DNA of 63,960 bases, counting the filler, from Saprolegnia diclina VS20 (taxonomy: Eukaryota): the NCBI RefSeq assembly GCF_000281045.1. It is 4 parts of 2 records of this genome, joined end to end, with 100 filler letters (N's around TTAATTAATTAA, not from the genome) between each part and the next. Parts side by side here need not be neighbours in the genome. Positions count along the whole stretch, not along the records: positions 1 to 30,064 come from NW_008246097.1; 3 more parts are not named here. One strand, 5' to 3'. Each line of letters starts with the position of its first letter. Within the stretch, counting starts at the first letter, position 1. A program made the translations under genes and the position numbers. Shown in pieces: positions 1 through 11,466 of the stretch. Under the pieces are notes generated by a model. That model had not been told where the DNA came from. It ran no database searches and was given only the letters and a program-made list of their open reading frames with translations.

Positions 1-1283
1 GGCAATCTCGAGATACCCATCGGCTTTTTTGTGCCATCAACTGCCGAATGGCCGAGTGCGATGCACGACGTGCAGCCCACACGCGTACTTCCGGTGCTGC
101 GCAAGCACGTCTACGAGCCTCCCGAGGACTACGCCGATGGTGTCCACGGACCCGAGTCGGGTTTCATCACTGACCTACCCAACTTGCCATGCAGCGTCTC
201 GCCGACGAGCTTCCGGCGCACTCGTCGGTGTCGTTTGATGTGCCGGCGGAGCCGCCGTGGCCGCAAGATCTCTGGGACGTCGACTTGCTCCAGCTCAGCG
301 CCAAGCGCGATGCGTGGCTTGCAGAGATGGCGATCCAGTATAGCGCGTCGCTGGCACTGCTCCAGGTGCTGTCGATCGAGCCGCCCGCAGTGACTTTCAA
401 CAAAGTCTACCCGGTGCAACTCGTGCTGCAGTGCATAGAGGTGTACCAAGCACTGCACGGCCAAGCTTTCATTCCACTGCTCTTTCACGTCCCGCTGCGC
501 GACGCCAAGTGGCCTCAGGATGTGTCGTTGATGCCTCTGGGGTTCTTTGTCCGGGCGGCGCAGGACCAGTGGGCAAATCTCGACCCGTTGGTGCGCAATG
601 CGATCTCTGCGTTTGGTCTGTCGCCCGACGANNNNNNNNNNNNNNNNNNNNNNNNNNNNNNNNNNNNNNNNNNNNNNNNNNNNNNNNNNNNNNNNNNNNN
701 NNNNNNNNNNNNNNNNNNNNNNNNNNNNNNNGGGCGGCGCAGGACCAGTGGGCAAATCTCGACCCGTTGGTGCGCAATGCGATCTCTGCGTTTGGTCTGT
801 CGCCCGACGACGAAATGGACGACGTCGGTGCCATCGACAACGGCGATTTGATCGATGGCGACGTTGGTGCCGAAGTCAACAACGACCAAGACATGGCTGG
901 TCAAAAGACATTGACCCGAGCAACAACGACAAACCGAGTGCTGAGAACAACGATCCAGCCAGCGAACCTGTTGCGATGAGCGCTGTGCCTGCTGGCGCTG
1001 ACAGCATGGACGCACGAAATGAGGAGGTAGCGCTGCGCCAAGTGTACCGTCCCGCTCCACCGCCGATAGTCGACGACGGGTTTGACTGGCCGTTGCTGCT
1101 CGGTGCCTTGTCCTGGTATTTCGTCGTCCAGAAGCACTCGAACATTCCATCTGCGTATGTCATGGAAGGCAAGGTACCGCTGGGCGACCTCGTCCGACAA
1201 ATTCGACAAGGCCACGTCGACGCGAGGGTCTCGAGGCTCTTGACCCGCTCAACTTCGCATGGTCGTGTGCAGAATACACCTGA
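1..1283 (+). pseudogene. Degenerate, 5'-truncated paralog of the HA-repeat gene at 2101-6131
   Basis: 1-185 matches 3783-3967 and is joined directly to 186-631, which matches 5481-5926. This is a ~1.5 kb internal deletion that shifts the frame. Further frameshifts lie near 900 and 1227. It ends in an HA-type tail LEALDPLNFAWSCAEYT* (TGA 1281-1283). Confidence 0.75.
632..731. other. 100-N assembly gap flanked by an identical 79-bp overlap
   Basis: 553-631 is identical to 732-810, so the two sides probably overlap and the gap is artefactual. Confidence 0.85.
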
Positions 1284-2100
1284 ATCTAAAGCTGCGCAAG
1301 AACGCTTTCACTAGTTGTACATATGTTGGCACACCTCAACGAGACGGTGTTCCGGTCTCTCAAAGTGAAGTGAACGTTCGGAGACCAGCGCCTGGTCCTA
1401 TGCGACTACGACGAGCGAATGAAGGAGATGGCTAGGCTCTACGTTTGCGAAGACCTTGTAAAATGACACGCAACACGATCATAAATATATATATGACTAT
1501 GCAACGTTATAGCAAGGCCATGAATATAGGGCTAGGTTTCGTGAGCTCCGATTTGACGAGCGCACTAACAGCGCAACAGCGTGAGGCGAAGTAAAGACGA
1601 ATTTCGAAGTCGAGGAGTCTCGTCTACCACGTCAGAAGCAAGACGACGCGGGCAGTGCGAGCTCCCAGATCGAACAATTGTACTAGTACCATTTTATGCT
1701 AACACGTGTATTTGTCTTAGCGCATATACGTGTACGGTATCGCACTCGCACCAAACGATCGGAGTCGTTGGCTTTGTCCGGATAAATACTTGCATCCGGA
1801 AGATCGCACCTGCTAGAACTCTAACACCGCTATACATCGAACCCAGTGCCAACGAATGGCATTCGCATCCAATGTGAAAGCGGATATTACCAGCCCGCCC
1901 GGGGTTTGATCTTCTTCGACGATGAGGTCAAGGACTTGGGCGGTTTGCTGGTCTAACTACACAGTGTTTCAGAGTTGGCATGCTGGGACGAGACATTGCC
2001 CTCTGGAAGACAAACCATCATGCCTACGTCCCACGGGGCGCACCCAACGGCCAAAGAACACTGACGCGACTGGCATACGTGAATATCCTTGGCTCGCGCG

Positions 2101-5100
2101 ATGCCGTGGGAGACAACGGTGCTGGCCGCAGCACTCTACCGCTCGCTCCACGGTGACGTCCAGATCCCCACCAGCTACGTCGTTCCGTCTCATGCGCCTT
2201 GGCCGGCGTCAATGCATCGACTAAAGCTCGGACGCACTTTCAGCTCGCTCCGCAACCGAGCCAAGACGTACTGTACGAGCCTGGCCGATTTGCCGAGCTC
2301 GAGGCGCTCGGCTTTGACTGGTTGCCGCATCGTGGAACGCTCCGCATCCTCACGTACAACGACTGTGGTGCCCGTCGCATTCGCAACGCGCCTCTGACGG
2401 CGCTAGTTGCGGCGCTGCAAGCGTACCACAGCACCTACGGCCACCTCGACATTCCAAAGGACTTCAAGGTTCCGGCGCAAGACGCGGCATGGCCACCGGA
2501 CGCAGCAAACGTCGCTCTCGTCTACGTGCCGCAGACGCTCCACGCTCTATTTTACAAGCTCTCGGACAACGACGTGACGGTGTTGCACGGTCTTGGACTC
2601 TTTTCCGAGCTGCCGCCGTGGGCGGACGCTCGGTCGCTTCTCTCGACCTTCAAGAACCTCGTCCAGCCGAATACGGTGCCACTCGATTTTGCAGTCCCAG
2701 CAACACCGGATTGGCCGACGCAGTACCACGGCTTTGGACTCGGCGAGCTCGCCTGGTACCTCGGCTTCAAGAATGCAACGCTGCCAAGCGACAAGCGCAA
2801 ACAGTTACTTGCTCTTGGCATGGATTTCAACACACCGGCCACCTGGGCAGGCATCGTGGGTCGTCTCGAGGCTGGCGGCGCCGACGTGCCAGCTGACGAT
2901 GGCGTTGCGGACGATGGGGTCTCGCCACTGCGCCTGAACTACTGGACGTCGAAGCTTCGGCAGGCGCAGTCGCTGCACCTCCTCCCGAAAGCGACGATGG
3001 ACGCCGTCTCAGCGATTGACGCTCGCAACCTGACGGCCACTGCCCGACTTGCACCGCTCGGCAGTGCCACGGCGGCGCTGATGCCGTCCAAACGGCGTGC
3101 ATCGCCGACTCAAAACGACGGGCGGTGCAAGCGAGCTCGAGTTGCTGGTATGCAGGTCGGCGAGTCGACTCGCACGGCAGCACTGCTCACCCGGAACCAG
3201 AAGTCGATATTGGACGAGCTTGGCGTTGACGGGAATGAGCCGTCTTTGCATGACGAAGAGACCGACAACGCGCCGCCTGGGTCGAGTCCAGTTGTGTCGG
3301 ATGAAGAGGAGTTCAGCAGCGCCGACGACGAGAGCTCGAGCAGCGACGATGACGAGAGCTCGAGTAGCGCGTCATCTTCCGCCGTTGATGATCCTCCGTT
3401 TGTCGGTCGTGCTGCGGGCAGGAAGCACCGGCTTACATGGACGTGGGAAGCCAAAATCGACGCGCTCAGTGCGTACCGCGCCGAGTGCGGGCGCGTTGAG
3501 ATGCCGACGGCATTTCGTGTGCCGGCGTCGTCAGCGTACCCGCCGCACTTGCACGACATGGCCCTTGGCAAGATCGTTGGCAGAATCCGCTGCGGAGATT
3601 GTGTGATGACGCCCTCGCGCCTTCGTGACCTCGACGCCCTCGGCTTCCGCTGGCGAGCCGGTCGAATGGGGTGCAGGTACGAAACTTGCCAAGTGAGCCC
3701 AACCAGAGCTGACCATCGGACTCCCCGGTTTGTGTCGTGGTCGGACCAAATCGACGCACTCCTCACGTACCGGCGTCTCCACGGCAATCTCGAGATACCC
3801 TTCGGCTTTATTGTGCCATCAACTGCCGAATGGCCGACTGCGATGCACGACGTGCACCTCACACACGTTCTTCCGATGCTGCGCAAGCACGTCTACGAGC
3901 TTCCGGACCACTACACCGAACGTGTCCACGGACTCGAGTTGGGTCTCCTGCCCGATATTCCCAACTTTGACGCGTTTCTTCGTCTGGTCAAGATCTACAG
4001 CGATACATTTGGCAGCGGCGCTGTCGCCAGAGACTTTCTTATACCTCCGAATGGCGGCAACTGGATCGACGCGTGGCGCGGCTTGTGCCTCGGCGACCTC
4101 GCGTGGTCCGTCGGCCTCAACATGACGGCTCTCACTGCCCACAAGCGTGCGCTTCTGACGACCGTTGGCTTTGTCTTCAACTCGGCCGAGACGTGGCGCC
4201 GTATTGTCGTTGGTCTGCGCACGTACCACTTGGTCCACAATCGAGTGTCTGTGCCGACAGCGTTTGTTGTGCCAAGCGCGCCCGAGTGGCCAGCGGACTT
4301 GCATGACATGCGGCTCGGTCACTGGGTCGACGTCATGACGTCGGCGAGAAGATACCGGCTGCTTCCGGCAGCAACCGTCGCCGCCATCGACGCAATTGGG
4401 TCGCGTGAGCAAGCCAATGGTGCTTTAGTACCACCACCAACAAGCCGTGGTCATCGTGGAGCGTGGCCAGCACCGCCGACTTGCTCTGGCGCAGCGCTTC
4501 CGACTGCCGCTGCCCATGTCCGCGCGACGTCGCCCAGCCCGCCGGTAGCGATGTTCCCTCCTATCGTCACGCATAACGACGACGTCAACCGTGCTTTCGT
4601 TCCATCGGCGCCGGTGGTACCCTCTGTGCGCACTCGCGCGGACTCGGTGTCGCAGGTACGCGTCGACCCGAGACCTGCCGTCGAAAGCAGCGTCCTGCCG
4701 CCGAGCTCACCGGCAGCTGCGATCTCGTCAATCTCACGATCAAGCCAAGAGGCACCACCGTCCAATTCACCGGGGGCTCGTGTGCTTGTGGGCGCGCCAC
4801 CGCCTGTCTCCGGTATCGCGTTGGCTGCTGCAGGTCTTGCCCCGGTCGGCAAGGACGGGGACAGCGACGACGACAATTTCAGTGTTCTCAACTTTGATGC
4901 TGACGACGACGATATGAGTCATATCGACTTTGGTACCGACGACAACGAAGAATCCGACCGGGAGGCCGATGCGTCTCTCGAGTTGTCGATGCCGAAGGCA
5001 GCGATCAGTGGCTCCCGTGGCGAGTCGGCAGCGCCAATGTCAGTTTGTATTGGGGCGGCTCGGTCGGCCCCTGTCGAAAGCGACGCTCCGCCACCGCACT

Positions 5101-6131
5101 CATCTGGTGCGACGGTTCCCACCGGTTTACGAGTGTGCCAGGCACCACTGCCAACGGGTGCCTCCCAGCCCGGCGCCATTGCGCTGCCCGCTTCTCGCCT
5201 CCAGTCGCCAGAGCCCGAAGCTCGCGTCGACGGGCAGTGGGCGAGCAATTTCACGGGGCTGGAGACCTTCAAGGCCATCTACCATCATCTGGACGTGCCC
5301 CCAGACTTTGTCATCCAAGCCATGGAGCCCTGGCCAGCGTCCGTGCACGGCCTCCAACTCGGCGGCGTTGTCATGTCCCTTCGGCTACTGACTCCGACCA
5401 GTCTTGCACCGTGGATCGTGGCCCGTCTCGACGCTTTCGGCTTTGAGTGGGCACCGTTATGCTTTGACTCGGTGGACAGTGCCATGCAACGTCTCGCCGA
5501 CGAGCACCCGGCGCACCCGCCAGTATCGTTTGATGTGCCGGCGCAGCCGCCGTGGCCGCAAGATCTCTGGGACGTCGACTTGCTCCAGCTCAGCGACAAG
5601 CGCGATGCGTGGCTTGCAGAGATGGCGATCCAGTATAGCGCGTCGCTGGCACTGCTCCAGGTGCCGTCGATCGAGCCGCCCGCAGTGACATTCAACAAAG
5701 TCTACCCGGTGCAACTCGTGCTGCAGTGCATAGAGGTGCACCAAGCACTGCACGGCCAAGCTCTCATTCCGCTGCTCTTTCACGTCCCGCTGCGCGACGC
5801 CAAGTGGCCTCAGGATGCGTCGTTGATGCCGCTGGGGTACTTTGTCCGGGCGGCGCAGGACCAGTGGGCAAATCTCGACCCGTTGGTGCGCAATGCGATC
5901 TCTGCGTTTGGTCTGTCGCCCGACGACGGCATGGACGACGTTGGCGCCGAAGACAACAACGATGCGATTGATGGTGACAACGAACGCCATGCTGGCCCCG
6001 TCATCATCGACTTGAGCGACGACAGTTCTGACCCTCTCGTCATCGACCTGAGCAACGACTCGAGCGCCGAGGACGATCAAGACGACGGGCATGCGGTGAT
6101 GGACGCCGCGCCTGCAGCTGTCGTCGTTTAA
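2101..6131 (+). CDS. Large helicase-associated (HA, PF03457-like) repeat protein, with a frameshift near 2270
   Basis: About 8-9 repeats of W..L.AL..Y...HG.L.IP..F.VP....WP..LH...LG...R...LD.LGF.W. Also an acidic/Ser tract, a Pro/Ser-rich linker and C-terminal VIIDLSDD/LVIDLSND. The first repeat starts in ORF 2089-2397 and continues in the 2199-6131 frame. Confidence 0.75.
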
Positions 6132-6461
6132 GCGCTCCGACGTAGTCCCTGCCGTGGCTTTGTCAAGACCCAGTGGCCGCCCCGATGGCTTGGACGACAA
6201 AAATGTGCTCGCGATTTGACCCGAGGTTTCTTGTATGTACAATGTAGCACTAGCAATCTGAATCAATATTTGTTTTTGTGAAATGTCATTCTCATTCGGT
6301 TTTTGGTGATGGAGGAGTATCGTCGCAAAAACAAGAAAGCTCGTCTCGAAACTGATCTGCATCAGCCTAGCCCATGTTATTCGCTGTCCACAACCATCAT
6401 ACCACGCACAAGACGCCATTACGTACAGTATACATGCTACTTCTTGGCAACACAACACAGC

Positions 6462-8015
6462 CTACTCGTTTCGCGTGTCCTGCGTCTCGTACTTGGCCGC
6501 CAAGATGCGCGTGGCCACCATATTACCATTGACGTTGACCACCGTGCAGATGCGATCTAGTAGAAAGTCGACGGCCACGACATAGACAAACGCGGGCGGC
6601 AGTGGCGTGCTGGGTACCACGGTCTTCCACACCGTCATGAGCATCACAAGCGCAGCATTGGGTACCGGCGCAGTGCTCACCGAGCCCAGCCAGCTCACGC
6701 AGAGAAGGACGACGAGCTGCGGCACTGACAGCGCTTCCCGCGCCATGGTCGCGAGGAAGATCGTCATGAGCGGGTAGTAGAGACCCGCCGCGTTCGTGTT
6801 GGTGGGTGTGCCCAGACTCAACACGAGCTGAGCAAAGCCCGGTGAGACGTGGCGGGTTTGGTACACGACGGTGGCCGCCACCGGCAGCGTGACCATCGAT
6901 GACGCACACCCAAAGGCAAAGACGTACGCCGGAAGCAATTGTCGGAGGTACGCAAACGGTTGAATGCGAGTGCAGACAAACAAGAGCAGCGGCAGCGCAA
7001 CGCAGACGTGGCAGACGACACCACACAGAAAGGCGAGGACAAGGTACCCGATACCAGCAGCAAAGTGCCCAGCGTTCGTGCCATAGTCGACGATTGCACT
7101 CGCCACGAGGAAGAGGACGGCGACGGGCGTCGCGCGGAGAACGGCGTTGATGAGCAGTAGCAGTGCATTTCGAATTTGGCGCAAGAGCGGCAAGAGAACA
7201 CTCTCGCCGTCCGCCTTGGCCACGGCAACACCCAGCGGTAGGGCAAAGACGATGATGCTCAAGAGTGATCCGTTGGCGAGCGCGTTAAAGATGTTGTCGG
7301 TGACCATGACGTTGACGATCGCAATAACTTGGTCCGAGAGGGAGAGCGACTGGAGGGACGAAGCCCCTGCACTACTTGTGAGCGCGTGGTGCACGTCGAC
7401 AAGCTGAAACTGCGCGGCGGCCACCGAGGCGTTGGCAGCCACACACGCAAGCAACCCATTGAAAAGGGGCTGCAGAAACCGGCCGTTCGAGCAGTTGAGC
7501 GCGATCAACGGTTCGGACGACGACGCTGGTGTGACCACGGTGCCGCCCACGTCACCCGGAACAAAGACGGACCGGAACACGAGCGCCACAAGCATGCCTT
7601 GCAGCGTCGCCGAGAAGGACGTGGCGAAGAAGACGCCGGCCGTGCGCCATGAGAGGACGTTGGTCTTTTGGAGGAGAATGACTTCGGCAATCGAGACCGT
7701 CATGGAACAAAAGACAAGCGGTACGACGAGGCAGCGCAGCGCGCGGACAAAGAGCGCACCGGGAAGGTTGACCCACGCGAGGACGTCGGCGCTTGCGTGG
7801 AGCTTGGAGAGACAGATGCCGAGGCCAACGCCGACACCGGCACATAGCACCACCGCAAGCGAGTTGAGAAGGGCCGTGCTGGACCGCGCGTCAAAGCTGC
7901 TATTTGTGAGAGCGGCTGCGGGGTCCACTGCCGCCTCTTCAAGAATCACGGCGGACGACGCGGTGGGCTCTGGTGCGTTTGTCGTCAACGGCTGAAAGGG
8001 TGACGGGCTTGGCAT
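6462..8015 (-). CDS. Dicarboxylate/amino acid:cation symporter (DAACS/SDF family)
   Basis: Multi-TM intronless ORF with family motifs PGALFVRALRCLVVPLVF, TDNIFNAL, AFGCASSMVTLP, GTPTNTNAAGLY and DFLLDRICTVVNVNGN. Start ATG uncertain (8015 or slightly upstream). Confidence 0.92.
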   Translation of the reverse strand: MPSPSPFQPLTTNAPEPTASSAVILEEAAVDPAAALTNSSFDARSSTALLNSLAVVLCAGVGVGLGICLSKLHASADVLAWVNLPGALFVRALRCLVVPLVFCSMTVSIAEVILLQKTNVLSWRTAGVFFATSFSATLQGMLVALVFRSVFVPGDVGGTVVTPASSSEPLIALNCSNGRFLQPLFNGLLACVAANASVAAAQFQLVDVHHALTSSAGASSLQSLSLSDQVIAIVNVMVTDNIFNALANGSLLSIIVFALPLGVAVAKADGESVLLPLLRQIRNALLLLINAVLRATPVAVLFLVASAIVDYGTNAGHFAAGIGYLVLAFLCGVVCHVCVALPLLLFVCTRIQPFAYLRQLLPAYVFAFGCASSMVTLPVAATVVYQTRHVSPGFAQLVLSLGTPTNTNAAGLYYPLMTIFLATMAREALSVPQLVVLLCVSWLGSVSTAPVPNAALVMLMTVWKTVVPSTPLPPAFVYVVAVDFLLDRICTVVNVNGNMVATRILAAKYETQDTRNE

Positions 8016-9283
8016 GGAGTCGCCCTCGACATACAAGTAGATGCCTTTCGTCTTGTGATGCATGCGATCCAACGGAAATGGCAAACTGAAGAGCAAACTG
8101 AAGCCAACTGAAAATGGGTGTCAAGCTCGCGTGCAGATTTGTAAAAGACACGAACATGAGGTGGTCGTTGAGTGTACACGCGATGGGCCAAGTAGCTTGG
8201 CCTTCTGAGGGTTCGTTGTCTCGCGCAAACATCTCGTCGCTTGCGTTGGACTGACGTCTCGGGGCGTGCGGTGGTAAGCTGCACCAGCTGGTTCGAACGC
8301 GACAACAACAGCTGCTTCGAGACCAGTCGGACAAAACCAGTCCACATAACTGTCCACGCACGAAGGTTCTACCTTGCCAGACAACGTCGAGGACGTCTAC
8401 CGAGAGGCCACCACGTTATGGGTTGCGATTGTCTGTGCGCAGAGTGGGATGCACTGGAGCGTACGGTGGATTCAATGGACTGGCAATGCTCGAGACCCGA
8501 CAGGCGCCGGATGATGCGATGCGATGGTGATATACTTGAACTTCTCTTGGCCTATATCTTGAGCCTCGTGAGCGATGAACGACAAAACGTAATGTCATCA
8601 TCAAGATCCAAGCGGCGAGGCAGCTCGACAGAGCCCAGGAGCAGAAGCCGCACGCCGAGTCTAGATCGCGCAACGCCCTCGATAGCCAACGTCGTCTGGA
8701 TGAATGCAACATGGCGATGCTGGCGTCAACCATATCCGACGATCGTTGGTGCCAGTTATGTCGATGGTTTGCACGAAAACAAATGACCGATAACTTGGCT
8801 AGTCGCTGGTGTAGGCCCACCTCGGCTAGACGGCGTTAGGGCCTCTCGAAGACCAAAGCATTTGCACGAAGTGTACGACTGCAGGAAAGAAATGCGATGT
8901 ACACCACTGATAGGATGTGACTGTTTGGCTTGCAATCTCTGAGGAGAACCTCGTGATACCGCGTAGTTAGAGCTTGTGCATCGCTGTCAAAGCGCAGGTC
9001 CCCTTTTGCTGGAAAACTACCTTCAACTCCAAACGTGGCTCGTTTGCTGTTGTGGTTCATGCACGAATCATAATGAAGAGTCCAGTCGAGCCAAAGTACC
9101 ACCCACTCAACGAACCCGAGGCGCTAAAGACGTGCGCCGAATCTTCCCAAAGCCATCGTTATATGAGCTACTTACTTGATCACACTCGAGTCGACCTTAG
9201 TCGCTGGTGCCAGTTGTGCCAAAGGTCTGCACGAAAGCAGTTGTCCAAAAGGCGGGTCTGAAACCGACGGACGTTCCACACAA

Positions 9284-11406
9284 ATGGGCGCCGGGGCCTC
9301 GACGCAGGACCTCCGCCAGCTCAGTGCGTCGGCGATTGCGGCCGAGGTCGTGGGCTTGGGCTCGGCCTACGCGCCGTACGAAGCTGGCATCCTCGCCAAC
9401 GGCGTCGACGGCGACGTCGTTGCGCACTTGCAGTCGGAGCAGCTACCTATGCTCTTTGGAACGCTCGGCGTCACCAACACGATCCACCAGACCAAGCTCG
9501 CGTCGCTCCACAATCAACACCGAAAGGCGCTACTCTCGCGCAGCCTTAGTATGGCCAATGGCATGGATGCAAGACTGTCCACCTCGCCACGTCAGCCCAA
9601 GGCATTTGACGTGTTCTTATCGCACAACTGGGGCCACGATGAACTCGGGCGCGACAACCACGCGCGTGTCGCGACCATCAGCGCCTTTCTTCGCCAAAAG
9701 TACAGTTGGTGTCGATTCGACGGCCACGAAATAACTCGGAATATCCTAGCGAGATCAAGACGTGGTTTGACCAAGACAAAATGTCGGGCAACATTCTGAA
9801 AGCAATGGCCAATGGCATTGAAGAGAGCCAGATTGTCCTCGTTTTTGTGACACAGTTGTACCAAAACAAGGTCAACGGCGACAACGCCAACGACAACTGC
9901 CAGCTCGAGTTTGGCATGGCCAAGGCGACGCAAACCGCGCAGTGGATGATCCCCGTGATCATGGACCCGAGCATGAAGGCGCCGCGCCACTGGTGCGGGC
10001 AGTTCAAGCTCGTGCTAGGCAATCAGCTCTACGTCGACTTGACGTCGGACGAAGACGACGCGTTTCTTGCCGGGTGTCACACCCTCCTCCAACGCATCGA
10101 CGGGCTCCTCCTCAAGCTCGGGCGGCCCTCGGTCATACCTCCGACGCACCGAAGTTCGCAAGAGACGCAAGCGCCGTCGTCGCCCCGCAACATTGACAGC
10201 GAGAGCGAGCTCAGTGCGCTCTTTGCGTCGTGGCAGCGCGCGATTGAAGCCCCAGATGTGGACGCCGAGCAAGACACGGTCGCGGCCATTGTGGACCTGC
10301 TGTCGTCGCCCGACGTGGCGTTGCCTTCCGGGGGGTTTCCGTGGTCCCTTCTCGTGCACGGCTTTACCGCGCCATCCATTGGGCTCCAAGACGATGCCTG
10401 TGCAATGGGCGTGCTGCTCCTCGATCGGCTTCCGACGACCGCCGAGTCGCTGCTGTCGTTTCCAACCGTGCTGCCCTTTCTTCTTGATGCTGTGACGCGC
10501 ACCCAAGGGGATATTCCCCCCAACGCCGTCGTGCTGCTGTGCAATCTCAGCAGCGTCGAGACGGCGGCACCCACGCTCTTGTCGTCGCCTCTCATCGAGC
10601 GTCTCTTGGCAAATACAACGACCAAGACCGACGACAACTGGCTGCCGCGGCTCGAAACCGTAGCAAACCTCGCCGGCTACGACGCCGCCAAGGACGCGCT
10701 TTTGCCTTACTACGCACATCTTGTCGCCATCATGGCGCATGTGCCAAGCGTCGCGTGGTGCGTCTTGCGCATCTGCTTGCACGTGGCGGGCCACGAAGCA
10801 AGTGCTGCGTGCCTTCTCGAGGCCAACTTGCTGGAAACGATGCTCGCGTTATTGCCGCGCCCCGATGAAATGGTGCTCAAAGTGGTGCGCCACCTCGTGC
10901 AGCATCCGCTGGCCGCGTCGCGCGTCGGGTCGTCGACGCTCTGGGGGAGCTACCTCCTGCAGCAAACCGAGGAAGGAACGTTTGAAGCGCTGTGCCACCA
11001 CACGATCGCGGGTCTGAGCGTCGAGAGCCAGACCATGCAAGCCCTCTTGCCGCACGCCCACGCGTGGCTTCCAATCTGGGCAGCCGCCATCGCCAAGGGG
11101 TCGTCGACAGTGACGACGATCGTGTGCAACCTCTCGCTGCTTTCCGAGTGGGCGCCGCTCCTCAGCGCACACGCCGCGCTCCTCAACGCACTCGGACAGA
11201 GTGTCCACGATGCAAGCAACCTCGGCGCGGCTAAGAGCTTGGCCAACTTGTCTACGTGGGCCAAAGAGAGCCATTTTGACGCCCCTGCACTCCAAGCGGT
11301 GCTTCAAGCGCACGCCGAGACGTGGGCGACCTTGGCGTCGACCAGCGACAGCGAAATGCAGGAGATCGCCAAACAAATCCTGCACATGGGGCAGGCCGAT
11401 GCGTAG
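9284..11406 (+). CDS. Myristoylated SAM-like + TIR (TIR_2-type) + ARM/HEAT-repeat protein; intron 9700-9749
   Basis: MGAGAS N-terminus. SAM-like segment YEAGILANGVDG..LGVTNTIHQTKL. Splicing GTACAG...CCTAG joins ORFs 9176 and 9706 into FDVFLSHNWG...TWFDQDKM..NILKAMANGIEESQIVLVFVT..Y...NCQLEF...MIPVIM. The Leu-rich C-terminus has repeated LCNLS/VANLA/VCNLS/LANLS. Confidence 0.85.
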
Positions 11407-11466
11407 ACTCGATGGTCGTTCATTGATCGTGTTCCGCTATCTTAACTCTATTCTAATGCGTTTGAT

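Noticed and set aside
553..810. Apparent 79-bp direct repeat around the N gap
   Set aside because: Identical sequence on both gap edges indicates an unmerged contig overlap.
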